NCBI GenBank assembly: GCA_965601925.1 | Contig: OZ271854.1 | Span: 3,648,001-3,712,000 of the forward strand | DNA: 64,000 bases | Direction: 5' to 3' | Origin: Alkalispirochaeta sp. | GTDB lineage: Bacteria; Spirochaetota; Spirochaetia; DSM-27196; Alkalispirochaetaceae | Notes under the pieces: model-generated | What the model saw: the letters and a program-made list of their open reading frames with translations, nothing else | Databases searched by the model: none | What the model was told of the DNA's origin: nothing | Translations under genes and position numbers: made by a program | Part shown: one piece after another, positions 46,591-55,067 of the stretch | Position numbering within the stretch: the first letter of the stretch is position 1 | Layout of the letters: the number at the start of each line of letters is the position of its first letter

Positions 46591-47445
46591 TTGGAGATTC
46601 GCGATACGATGATATTCGTCGCTCGTCATAGCAGCCTGGAGATAGCTCGGATGCGACAGGTGTCTGGGCGCCTCTTCGGGCTATTTCGCGAGCTTGACCG
46701 CGAGACGGTGCTCGGCAAGAGCGGAGCTCACATAGATCGATACGTCCGGCGGTACCTTCAACGGCACGGCCTCCAGAGCGCCCTGGTCGGATATCGAGGC
46801 TATCCGGCTCATTGCAGCGTGAGTCCCAACGCGGTCGCCGTACACGGGGTGCCCGATGCGCGGGTGCTCGCCCGCGGCGACGTGTTTACCTTGGATGTTG
46901 CCGCCTTTGGGGGAGGGTGGGTTTCGGATGCCGCATGGACGTATCTCACACCGGGGTGCTCTCATCTCGTCGTTCGCAGACACGCAGCGGCGTGGAGCGC
47001 CTTTCGCGAGCTTATCCTATCGCTCAAACCGGGTATTACGCTTACCGAAATCGCACGCCGCGCCGCCGACGGAGCCGCACGCCGCGGACTGTCGATCATT
47101 CCCGATTTCGTCGGCCACGGCATCGGGAGAGAACTTCACGAGCCTCCGGTAGTGAGCTTCTCTCCCGCCACCCTTACCGACGCAGCCGACGGTGTAGTGC
47201 TCCACCCGGGAACGGTCGTGAATATCGAGCCCGTCTACAGTGCCGGGGGTACCGCTGTGGAGCTCCAGTCGGACGGGTGGTCGTACCGTACCGCCGACGG
47301 CGAGGCGACGTTTCATTTCGAGCTGACCGTCGCCTTGCGACCGGAGGGGCCGCTTGTGCTCCAGCTCGACGGTGACGCGGAACGCGTCTTGCCGGAGGTG
47401 GTGCCGTTCGGCAACTTCGGCATGCGGTCCGTTGCGCCGGATTGA
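46591..47445 (+). CDS. map: Methionine aminopeptidase-like M24 peptidase
   Basis: HGVP, LDV..SD, GHGIGRELHEPP, IEP, HFE metal ligands. Confidence 0.85.
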   Translation: MEIRDTMIFVARHSSLEIARMRQVSGRLFGLFRELDRETVLGKSGAHIDRYVRRYLQRHGLQSALVGYRGYPAHCSVSPNAVAVHGVPDARVLARGDVFTLDVAAFGGGWVSDAAWTYLTPGCSHLVVRRHAAAWSAFRELILSLKPGITLTEIARRAADGAARRGLSIIPDFVGHGIGRELHEPPVVSFSPATLTDAADGVVLHPGTVVNIEPVYSAGGTAVELQSDGWSYRTADGEATFHFELTVALRPEGPLVLQLDGDAERVLPEVVPFGNFGMRSVAPD

Positions 47446-47485
47446 CACGGCAGCCGCGCTTTGTGCACAGTAGTGCCATCCATCC

Positions 47486-47559
47486 GCCACCTTAGCTCAG
47501 CTGGCCAGAGCACGTGACTTGTAATCTCGGGGTCGTCGGTTCGAATCCGACAGGTGGCT
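47486..47559 (+). tRNA. tRNA-Thr(TGT); probable prophage integration site
   Basis: GCCACCT/AGGTGGC acceptor, CTTGTAA anticodon loop, GGTTCGAATCC. Confidence 0.96.
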
Positions 47560-47611
47560 TTTTGCTGGATTTTAATTCCATACTGCACTATGATTTAAAG
47601 TAATGATCAGA

Positions 47612-47633
47612 AAAACGGTACCAAAACGGCACC
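47612..47633 (+). repeat. Tandem 11-bp repeat, candidate integrase arm-type sites
   Basis: AAAACGGTACC / AAAACGGCACC between tRNA and integrase. Confidence 0.55.
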
Positions 47634-47655
47634 AGAATGCCGGATCGGTCACCCG

Positions 47656-48828
47656 ATGAAACGCGCTCATCCCTTCCGGTTTAAACGCGTTGCTCGCAAA
47701 GACACACGGGTCTATCGCGTCGTCTATGATCACGACCCGTCGCGACCCCGCTCCACCGGAATCGCGGTGCACCCGCGAGATACAAAGAACGGCGGCCCGG
47801 GCTACGAGGAAGCCGTGGCATGGGCGTACGCGCATCTTGATGACGAGCCAGCGTCAGCGCTCACGTTCAAAGAGGCGACGGTCGATATGTTCACCGAAGC
47901 GTGCGCGTGGCGTCGGAAGTTGATGAAGAAGGGGCGCACGTTCTCCTCGGGCTACTTCGAACAGCACCGCGGGCGCTTGGTGAACTATATTTGGCCGCGG
48001 TGGGGCTCACATTCGCCCAACAAGATCTACGCGTCCAACGTGGACGACTGGCTACTCGACCTTGATGTGATCGGCTCTGCACGGCCGGCCAGTCCGGGGC
48101 AGTGCGACAAGATCATTCAGACCTTCCGTCACGCCATGGATCATCTGGTGTATCGTCGTCTGATCCCTCAAGGTCAAAACACACTCAGGCTCGTAACGTA
48201 CTTCAAGGACGATGGCACGAAGCGCCTGCCGATCACCATGGACGAGTTTCACGTGCTTTTCCCTGAGAATATAGACGAACTCGTAAGGATTTGGCTGAGT
48301 CTCGATTGGGCCGTTTTCTTCTATATTATGGCGACGTGTGGCCTGAGACCAGGGGAAGTCGCCGCTATTGATCTTTCGTACTGGCAGCCTGGTGTCGGGA
48401 TGGCAGTCGCTCAGTCGGTCGACACAAACACTCTCGAGGTCAAGGGTCTGAAAACTGAAGATAAAGGGGTCGTCGTGAAGCCGGCATACTTCAACGACCG
48501 CACCGAGAGCATGCTGACCTTGATGGTCTACCAAGGAGCTTCGCAGTCGGGCCTGCTGTTTACCGTGAACGGTCGCCCGATTATACGAGAAACCTCAAAC
48601 AAGCATTTCAAGGCGTCGTGCCGACGCGCTGGTATCGACCCAGGCAAACGGACGCAATACAGCCTCAGGCACTTCTACGCGACGGAGATCGCCAAACACC
48701 TCGACGAGAAGGAGGCGGCTGAGTACCTCGGTCAGCGGGTGTTGCGTTCGGAGTACGACCACCGCAAGGTAGTTGAACGACTGAAAAAGAATGATCGAAT
48801 GCGACAGGTGTCGAATCGGATCTTTTAG
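47656..48828 (+). CDS. Tyrosine recombinase/integrase
   Basis: CGLRPGE, YSLRH, LGQ...Y catalytic pattern; 390 aa. Confidence 0.9.
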   Translation: MKRAHPFRFKRVARKDTRVYRVVYDHDPSRPRSTGIAVHPRDTKNGGPGYEEAVAWAYAHLDDEPASALTFKEATVDMFTEACAWRRKLMKKGRTFSSGYFEQHRGRLVNYIWPRWGSHSPNKIYASNVDDWLLDLDVIGSARPASPGQCDKIIQTFRHAMDHLVYRRLIPQGQNTLRLVTYFKDDGTKRLPITMDEFHVLFPENIDELVRIWLSLDWAVFFYIMATCGLRPGEVAAIDLSYWQPGVGMAVAQSVDTNTLEVKGLKTEDKGVVVKPAYFNDRTESMLTLMVYQGASQSGLLFTVNGRPIIRETSNKHFKASCRRAGIDPGKRTQYSLRHFYATEIAKHLDEKEAAEYLGQRVLRSEYDHRKVVERLKKNDRMRQVSNRIF

Positions 48829-48881
48829 CTGCGAATCCGATACTTGTTCGCTATCTGATCGGCGTGCAGAAGTACTAAAAC

Positions 48882-48910
48882 TTGAGTATATGTTCCAAAC
48901 CGTGTAGTAT
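48882..48910 (+). promoter_or_regulatory. sigma70-type promoter of the cargo pair
   Basis: TTGAGT-17-TAGTAT. Confidence 0.6.
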
Positions 48911-48921
48911 GAACTTACATC

Positions 48922-49335
48922 ATGGCAAGGAGTAGCCGGCAAACAGAAAAGCAAGGTCAGAGGCGCGGCGGACGCCGCGCTGACTGGATCTTCCCTGTTA
49001 CTGAGTTGGTTGGTACGGCATTCAAGACCATGATGTGGGTGGGCTGTATACTTCTCTTAGGACGATGGGGCTTCGCGACGGTCATTCAAATCGTGCCGGA
49101 GCTTGCGGGACGAAACACGGTGGCGAACTTCGAGTTTGTGATGAACTGGGGATTTGTCGGGAGCCTTACGTGGGGTGGTGTGATGACTGGCGCCTGGCAT
49201 GTTCAGCGACGCCGAAACGGCACGCTCACAAGGGATTTACATGCACACATCCGTGCTCTTGAGTTACAATTGAATCCTGATCGCCAAAGTAGTAAATTGA
49301 CTAAAGAAGGCGAGACAAACAGGAGGGATAGATGA
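48922..49335 (+). CDS. Prophage cargo membrane protein (2 TM)
   Basis: Two hydrophobic segments; C-terminal DRQSSKLTKEGET; lower GC. Confidence 0.7.
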   Translation: MARSSRQTEKQGQRRGGRRADWIFPVTELVGTAFKTMMWVGCILLLGRWGFATVIQIVPELAGRNTVANFEFVMNWGFVGSLTWGGVMTGAWHVQRRRNGTLTRDLHAHIRALELQLNPDRQSSKLTKEGETNRRDR

Positions 49336-49901
49336 TGGCCTCCCTAAGTTTTTTCGTTGCCGTCGTTCTGTTGTTGGTCTGGTATGTTACCGTCCATCGC
49401 TACAACGCAATATCTACATACCGCGACCGTCTTTTTGCGATTCGACGTGAGTTGTTCCTGCTCGCTGCGGAGTCGAAGAATCTACCATTTGACGGTGACG
49501 TCTATCGCGGTCTTGAGATCTTGATTAACGTGAATATTCGTTTCGCGCATCAGGTCAGCTTCATTAAGATGAAGCTCTTTGGAATAGTGTGGCGTCGCTT
49601 CGGTGCCCGTCCGCGAAAAAACGATCTCATCAGCAATCTCCCTCGGGGAATACATGGACTTCCCAAGCCCGAGAGAGCTAAGGTTCAAGAACTCTGTGAC
49701 CGAATGGACGTAGAGACTGCAAGGCTCCTTGCGCGAATTTCGCCCGGCTTTTTTCTCTACACGGTCTTGCCGTTTCCGATCGTATTGATAAAGGTCCGGC
49801 GCCGCGAGCAGAACCGACATTACCTTGATGTGTGGGAGTGGCGGTCGAAGAGAGTCGGCAAGGGCATCGAAACGCACGCCGCGAGAATGTGCCCGGCCTG
49901 A
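49332..49901 (+). CDS. Prophage cargo membrane protein
   Basis: N- and C-terminal TMs; SD AGGAGG; ATGA coupling. Confidence 0.75.
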   Translation: MMASLSFFVAVVLLLVWYVTVHRYNAISTYRDRLFAIRRELFLLAAESKNLPFDGDVYRGLEILINVNIRFAHQVSFIKMKLFGIVWRRFGARPRKNDLISNLPRGIHGLPKPERAKVQELCDRMDVETARLLARISPGFFLYTVLPFPIVLIKVRRREQNRHYLDVWEWRSKRVGKGIETHAARMCPA

Positions 49902-49904
49902 CCA

Positions 49905-50087
49905 TCAGTCGGCCAGGCTGCGCCGTCCCAGTTCCCACCATCCCAACGCCAACCGTACCGCTTCACTCATCTTGTCCAGCGCCTCTCCCCATGTCTCACA
50001 CTCATCACAGAGCTCCGTAAGCCCCGCAGCTACCAGTAGGATGTCGGGTTTGGGCTCAAGCTCTCCGTCGTTCCAGGTCCATTCCAT
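49905..50087 (-). CDS. Small HicB-like protein
   Basis: Strong SD AGGAGG; CETWGEALDKMSEAVRLAL resembles the HicB GETxEEAxxNxxEAI motif. Confidence 0.55.
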   Translation of the reverse strand: MEWTWNDGELEPKPDILLVAAGLTELCDECETWGEALDKMSEAVRLALGWWELGRRSLAD

Positions 50088-50149
50088 TGTGGCCTCCTGG
50101 CTAATGATACAAAGAGGAGCGGTACGGCGCCCCTCAAAGCGGGCTCGGT

Positions 50150-50557
50150 TCAGCGGTGTTTAAACGTGGCGCGAAGAACTGTGGTAGCGTGTGGTATTTC
50201 CTCACCCTTGATTCTCTTCGCGAGAGATCGAAACGACCGACTACGTGGCGGGGCCTTCATCACTTCGGCGACACACCCGGTCAAGCGTAGATGGAGCGGG
50301 CGCAAGTCATCATTCACCTTGCGCGTGATGTCGCGCCAATCTCTGTTCATCTCCTTGAGATCACTAATGACGCGCTCAAGATGATTAATCTCCACTGCCG
50401 TGGCGGTATGTAGCTGCACCAACGTAGTGACGAGTGCCGATCGCTGCACCTCGGCTCGTTGGAGCGCCAACTGCCAGATCGCCACCGCTGCGGCTACGGT
50501 TCCGATGGAGAGGGTAGTGAGGTCGAACCATGATGGTGCGCTCGCAACTGTTAGCAT
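50150..50557 (-). CDS. Membrane-anchored coiled-coil hypothetical protein
   Basis: N-terminal TM ending AIWQL, then helical. Confidence 0.65.
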   Translation of the reverse strand: MLTVASAPSWFDLTTLSIGTVAAAVAIWQLALQRAEVQRSALVTTLVQLHTATAVEINHLERVISDLKEMNRDWRDITRKVNDDLRPLHLRLTGCVAEVMKAPPRSRSFRSLAKRIKGEEIPHATTVLRATFKHR

Positions 50558-50566
50558 GGCTGAGAC

Positions 50567-51103
50567 CTACCAGGTTTCAGTTGCGCGGGTGTCGATGTAA
50601 GCCGCGAGATCATCCACCAAGGCTTCCATGAGAGCTTCGAGCGCTTCACGCTCTGCGCGATCCGGAAAAGAGAACGCCTGGTTTGGTCCGTACACATCTC
50701 CAAGAACGCGGGCGTGTACGTCTCCGATTATCACCCCATCCGCTATCGTGACTCGTAACCGCCCATTGCGAAGTTCAATGATCATGGAGTAGCGCGCCTG
50801 AAACGATCGATTGACCGGCTGCGAATAGTCCGTTTCTCCCGGCGTCTCATACGTAACACGAGAGTTCGCCGTGCCCGCAATTACACCGCTGTCCTTGTCT
50901 GAAAACTCAATGACGGCCTCGGCCGACATGAACCGCTCGGCAAGCCAGAGATTCGCCGACACCCACGCATCGTCCGAGTCGGTGTTGGTATCTCGGATCG
51001 TCTGATACCGTGCAGGTGCGTACTCGCCGGGCTCGGGCGTAGTGCACCCGATAAGGAGCAAGGTGGTAGCAACCGACATCAGTAAGGTGGGTACAGGCTT
51101 CAT
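50567..51103 (-). CDS. Lipoprotein (DUF4468-like)
   Basis: LLLIGC lipobox; WLAERFMSAEAVIEFSDKDSGVIAG; SD AAGGAG. Confidence 0.75.
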   Translation of the reverse strand: MKPVPTLLMSVATTLLLIGCTTPEPGEYAPARYQTIRDTNTDSDDAWVSANLWLAERFMSAEAVIEFSDKDSGVIAGTANSRVTYETPGETDYSQPVNRSFQARYSMIIELRNGRLRVTIADGVIIGDVHARVLGDVYGPNQAFSFPDRAEREALEALMEALVDDLAAYIDTRATETW

Positions 51104-51168
51104 GCATCGCTCCTTTGACTGGCGACATCGACGCCTACACTTTTTGCAACATTTCGTCGATTTCGCTA

Positions 51169-51197
51169 TTGATTTACGATTAGGCGCCTACTAAGCT
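51169..51197 (+). promoter_or_regulatory. sigma70-type promoter with a palindromic spacer
   Basis: TTGATT-17-TAAGCT; TAGGCGCCTA palindrome at 51181-51190. Confidence 0.55.
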
Positions 51198-51203
51198 TGA
51201 GTC

Positions 51204-51347
51204 ATGAGAGTGTGTGTTGTCAATATCTCTAACATTGTAGTGCAAAGCACTCAGGTATTGCCAGCACAAACCGAGGAAAAAGCGCCCACGTGGGTTGAAC
51301 GCTGGCATACCCGATTGTACCCTGGGTGCGGAGGTAAAGACGTATGA
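51204..51347 (+). CDS. Putative 47-aa leaderless peptide (not in the ORF track)
   Basis: ATG 6 nt after the -10 box; TGA overlaps the next ATG (ATGA). Confidence 0.4.
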   Translation: MRVCVVNISNIVVQSTQVLPAQTEEKAPTWVERWHTRLYPGCGGKDV

Positions 51348-51850
51348 ACAACACCCTCGCTAAGCCTCGTCTATCGGTCACAGCTCGATATGAGCAGTTC
51401 GTTGACCAGAATCAGACAGCATACTCTGGATTCGGCATTGACCGGGTGAAGCGTCACCCTGTCTCACGGATCGTCTACGCAAAGAACACCGACGTATACG
51501 ACGATCAGATCGTCGCCGAGCTCCTTTCTATAGGACAGGTATCGCTAACACAGCAAGAGATCGTGCGCAGCCTCAGCCCGAGCGCGTTGTACCTTGAGTG
51601 CCCGCTGAAGCAGTTGGCGCCACTCCGAGCTCCGTATCCGGACCGCAGCGACGACCGCTGGATGGAGAGTCTGGGTATCTGGCAGCTTCGCGGCTGGGTG
51701 GCGAAGGGTTACGGCGACTATGCGGCTCACATTGCCTATTTAGAGCGTTCAGTGATTGAGCGGTTCGATGAAGATTTGATTCAGGAGCTCAACCTGCTGG
51801 CTGAGTACGACGGCGCTGGCACTTTATCCGGGTGGGATTGGGTTACCTGA
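51344..51850 (+). CDS. Hypothetical soluble protein
   Basis: SD GGAGG; 168 aa; no family recognised. Confidence 0.75.
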   Translation: MNNTLAKPRLSVTARYEQFVDQNQTAYSGFGIDRVKRHPVSRIVYAKNTDVYDDQIVAELLSIGQVSLTQQEIVRSLSPSALYLECPLKQLAPLRAPYPDRSDDRWMESLGIWQLRGWVAKGYGDYAAHIAYLERSVIERFDEDLIQELNLLAEYDGAGTLSGWDWVT

Positions 51851-51854
51851 AGTC

Positions 51855-52625
51855 ATGCGCGTACCTGAGAGTCTTGTAAGTAGGCGCAATACAACCTTCG
51901 TCAGGTCACAGGTTCTCTTCGCTGCTTTCTTTGTCGCCACCGGATTCGTGAACATGTTTAAGCAGACCCCGCAGGCAACGGCGGGGGGCTTCGTCAATCT
52001 CGCGATCGCCGGTATCCTTGGATGTGCCTTCTTCCTTCCGAAGCGGCATCGTCCCGCCGTACAATTAGTTGTATTCCTGTCACTTGCGTCGTTCTTCGGT
52101 GTTGTCGGAGCAGTTAATGAACCCGAGGCGTGGGTCCTTTTCATCATGACTGCGTTTTACGCAAAGCGCTACAAAATGCTAAGATGGGTTGGCCCAGTCC
52201 TGGCAGCCTCCTGGATCGCTTGCATGATCATATCGAGTCGGCAGTATCTCTACATTCCCCCATCGAGCGCTCGGTCGGTGTTCAGCGCTGTGAACTACAA
52301 CCTCTTTTGGATCACCGCCATTGGCATGGTCCTGGTTGGCGGCGGGGCAGAGATGGTCCTTAAGGAGTCAAGATACGACAACTTGACAAAGAAACGGTTC
52401 GTCGAGCCAGATGAACCGGCACAACAACGCCCTGCTGCCGCAGACATGAACCAGATTCGTAATCTCGCGAGAGTCCACGAGTCAAGCATGCTCGTGGCGG
52501 GTAGCGTTCTGAAGGAGATCGCCGATCTTTCGGAGTCCGGTATTCGCAAGCTTGATCAGATCGCAGACTTGGCGCTCACTGAGCCGAATCCAGATCCTGA
52601 TCAGGATCAAGCACAAGCTCTTTGA
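51855..52625 (+). CDS. Polytopic membrane protein (5-6 TM) with cytoplasmic tail
   Basis: Several hydrophobic segments; starts 4 nt after the upstream stop. Confidence 0.75.
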   Translation: MRVPESLVSRRNTTFVRSQVLFAAFFVATGFVNMFKQTPQATAGGFVNLAIAGILGCAFFLPKRHRPAVQLVVFLSLASFFGVVGAVNEPEAWVLFIMTAFYAKRYKMLRWVGPVLAASWIACMIISSRQYLYIPPSSARSVFSAVNYNLFWITAIGMVLVGGGAEMVLKESRYDNLTKKRFVEPDEPAQQRPAAADMNQIRNLARVHESSMLVAGSVLKEIADLSESGIRKLDQIADLALTEPNPDPDQDQAQAL

Positions 52626-52974
52626 ACGCGGCCCGCACAGCCTTGTTGTGCTGACGGTACTCTTCGTTTTCTCGTCTAAGCCTACCAAGCTCCGACTGAC
52701 AATCGACCGCTTCCGCGTCAACAAGATAGTCAAAAGGGTGGGCCGATGGTACGGCGAAGAAGTCCAGGCGAATACCTAAGCGCCGCATACAGTCCTGCAT
52801 GACCTGGAACGTAGGACTCTGGCCGCGCTTGATCTTCGAATAGTGGTTCGGCTTGAGTCCCATAGACTCCGCAAAACGACTGTCGTTCTTGAAATCAAAG
52901 TACACGCGCAGCTGCTCGAGTTTTTCTATGAGTGTCTCGTTACGGGCGTTGGAGTTTTCCACGTCGCTCTCCAC
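52576..52974 (-). CDS. XRE/HTH prophage repressor
   Basis: FAESMGLKPNHYSKIKRGQSPT...LGIRLDFF; divergent from the early operon. Confidence 0.8.
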   Translation of the reverse strand: MESDVENSNARNETLIEKLEQLRVYFDFKNDSRFAESMGLKPNHYSKIKRGQSPTFQVMQDCMRRLGIRLDFFAVPSAHPFDYLVDAEAVDCQSELGRLRRENEEYRQHNKAVRAAFKELVLDPDQDLDSAQ

Positions 52975-53051
52975 TTTCGTAAATCACAATCGACCCTCAC
53001 AAAGCATACCTTAACCGCGTAAAAAAAATCCACAAAAAAAAGAATCATGTG

Positions 53052-53099
53052 TTGACTTGGGCCAAACGGCCCGTTAGTATTCATTACGTGCCGTTTGGC
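53052..53099 (+). promoter_or_regulatory. Early lytic promoter with an inverted-repeat operator
   Basis: TTGACT-17-TAGTAT; GCCAAACGGC (53061-53070) and GCCGTTTGGC (53090-53099). Confidence 0.75.
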
Positions 53100-53117
53100 A
53101 TTGCAATGGAGGTCGCC

Positions 53118-53336
53118 TTGTCTACGGAAATTGTATTTGATCCAACCGCAGTATCCAAGACCAGCACCATAAGCGAGTCTGATATCTCGACAACTCTCCC
53201 ACGCGGCTGGTGGGAGCGCTGTCAGAAGCAGGGGTACAACGGAGTCAATCAGCACGTCGTCGGCGACTTGGTCGTTCTTCGCCCTGCGGTCGTTGATGTG
53301 GGCCAGAAGCGCCGACGCGGCCGGAAGCCGGAATAG
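53118..53336 (+). CDS. Small early protein in the Cro position, AbrB/MazE-like
   Basis: GGAGG + TTG start; ISTTLPRGW...LVVLRP pattern. Confidence 0.55.
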   Translation: MSTEIVFDPTAVSKTSTISESDISTTLPRGWWERCQKQGYNGVNQHVVGDLVVLRPAVVDVGQKRRRGRKPE

Positions 53337-53347
53337 GCGAGGCGTAC

Positions 53348-53656
53348 ATGGACCTTGCGGCATTAGGCGCCTGTATCGAGGCAATCGACCAACGAACCCG
53401 CGAGATGGACGAGCGTCAACAGCGCATCGAGGACGCGGTACGCACGCCGTCCCTCACGATCAAAGACATCTGCACGGAGTACCTCCACCGGAGCGAAACA
53501 TGGCTCCGCACGCGCCCCTGGGCACTCCCGGAACCGGACATCAAAGGTCGCCCCAACGTCTGGTGGCGCACGACCTGCGACGAGTTCTACTCGGTGCCGA
53601 TCGAGACTCGGCGCCATGAGTATCTCCGAAACCACCGGACCCGGAGGGCCTCATGA
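53348..53656 (+). CDS. Xis/AlpA-like winged-HTH protein
   Basis: LTIKDICTEYLHRSETWLR...LPEPD...NVWW. Confidence 0.6.
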   Translation: MDLAALGACIEAIDQRTREMDERQQRIEDAVRTPSLTIKDICTEYLHRSETWLRTRPWALPEPDIKGRPNVWWRTTCDEFYSVPIETRRHEYLRNHRTRRAS

Positions 53657-53949
53657 GCCTTGCCGACAACCTCTCCGTACGGGTAGAGGCCGGGGCGCGT
53701 GCCTGGGCCGAGCAGGGCAACCCGATGCAACCACCCCCGAAGTCCCGCTACGACGAAGCGGCCGCCGAACTCCGTGAGGCACTCTCCGATGGTCGATGGC
53801 ACAGCCTTGAAGTCGCCAAGCGCATCGCCCGCAAACACCGACACTACCCCAATCCGCTCATGGACTACGCCGGCGTCGCGGTCTCGGAGAACGGAAAGCG
53901 CATCATCTGGGCGTTCGGCGCCAAAGAGATCGACGAGGAGCGAGCATGA
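53653..53949 (+). CDS. Phage hypothetical protein
   Basis: ATGA coupling; SD GGAGG. Confidence 0.7.
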   Translation: MSLADNLSVRVEAGARAWAEQGNPMQPPPKSRYDEAAAELREALSDGRWHSLEVAKRIARKHRHYPNPLMDYAGVAVSENGKRIIWAFGAKEIDEERA

Positions 53950-54251
53950 CCGAGCGCGAGAGGATCGCTATTGCGGAGAAGAAAATCCGCTTGCTTGAGG
54001 CCCGCGGCCACGAGTGTGAGGTATGCGGAAAGCAGATCAACGCATGTACGACCCAGCTCGCACACCGCGTCATCAAGTCCGGCGACAACCTCAAGAAGTA
54101 CGGTAAGGCCATCATCCACCACGACCTCAACCTCGCGCTCACCTGCAGCCTCTACTGTAACGGCAAGGTCATCGTGAACGGACTCCCCAAAGAGCACCTA
54201 CTCATCGAAATCAAAGAGGCCATCGAGGCCGAACAAGGAGGACGCGTATGA
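53946..54251 (+). CDS. HNH-like zinc-finger protein
   Basis: CEVCG...AHR...NLALTCSLYCN. Confidence 0.65.
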   Translation: MTERERIAIAEKKIRLLEARGHECEVCGKQINACTTQLAHRVIKSGDNLKKYGKAIIHHDLNLALTCSLYCNGKVIVNGLPKEHLLIEIKEAIEAEQGGRV

Positions 54252-54682
54252 ACCCAACACGCCGCCTCGCCGAAGCACGTGCCGAATACCATGAAGCCAT
54301 CCACCGGCGACTCGAGGGGGAACCGAACCCCGAACGCGAAGAAGCGCTCAAGGCGGAAATCGACCGTCTTGAGACAGCGCACAAAAGCGAGAAGTCGAAG
54401 GACGCCAAGGCGTTCGAGGCCGAGATGGCATTCCGCCGCCGCCGCGTCGAGCTCTTGGAGAACCTGAAGGCTCACCACACAACCGGCCGCCTCGACAAGA
54501 ACCAGTACATCCAAGCTCAGAAGTTCCTGCTCACACCGAAGCGCCTCGACACCCTGGAGAAGGCGTGGGAGATGATTAAGCGGCGCCTGAACGAGACGTT
54601 CGACGAGCTCCCGCCTGAGGCGCACCTCCATGCCGATGAGCCGACCCTCGCACCCGACGACTTTCCTATAGAGGCGTATTGA
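54248..54682 (+). CDS. Phage hypothetical coiled-coil protein
   Basis: SD AGGAGG; ATGA coupling. Confidence 0.7.
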   Translation: MNPTRRLAEARAEYHEAIHRRLEGEPNPEREEALKAEIDRLETAHKSEKSKDAKAFEAEMAFRRRRVELLENLKAHHTTGRLDKNQYIQAQKFLLTPKRLDTLEKAWEMIKRRLNETFDELPPEAHLHADEPTLAPDDFPIEAY

Positions 54683-54683
54683 G

Positions 54684-55067
54684 ATGGCCACCGACAAGAT
54701 GCCAACCACTGAAGAGATCAAATGGGCCAAGGACTGGGCGCGCGGCGGCGGATATCACGAAGGTCACGCGGTCCGAATCCTGCTCGACGCACTCGAGGCC
54801 ATCGATAGCGCCGGCATCTGCGGAGAGGTACTCGCGGAACGCGCTCGTCAGGACAAGAAGTGGGGCCAACAGAATCACCACCCCATGGAATGGCTCGCGA
54901 TCCTCGGTGAGGAGGTAGGGGAGGTCAACAAGGCCGCACTCGAGACCTACTGGAACTACCGCGGACGGATTGGCGACTACTCCGAATACCGCCGAGAACT
55001 GATCCAGACCGCCGCCGCGTGCTTCGCGATGATCGAATGCCTCGATCGGAACGAGGTAAAGCGATGA
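54684..55067 (+). CDS. MazG-like NTP pyrophosphohydrolase
   Basis: ERARQDKKWG...ILGEEVGEV...ELIQTAA. Confidence 0.75.
   Translation: MATDKMPTTEEIKWAKDWARGGGYHEGHAVRILLDALEAIDSAGICGEVLAERARQDKKWGQQNHHPMEWLAILGEEVGEVNKAALETYWNYRGRIGDYSEYRRELIQTAAACFAMIECLDRNEVKR

Noticed and set aside
53049..53117. ORF-track start of the first early gene at 53049
   Set aside because: It lies upstream of the promoter's -35 box; the GGAGG + TTG start at 53118 (or ATG 53106) fits better.
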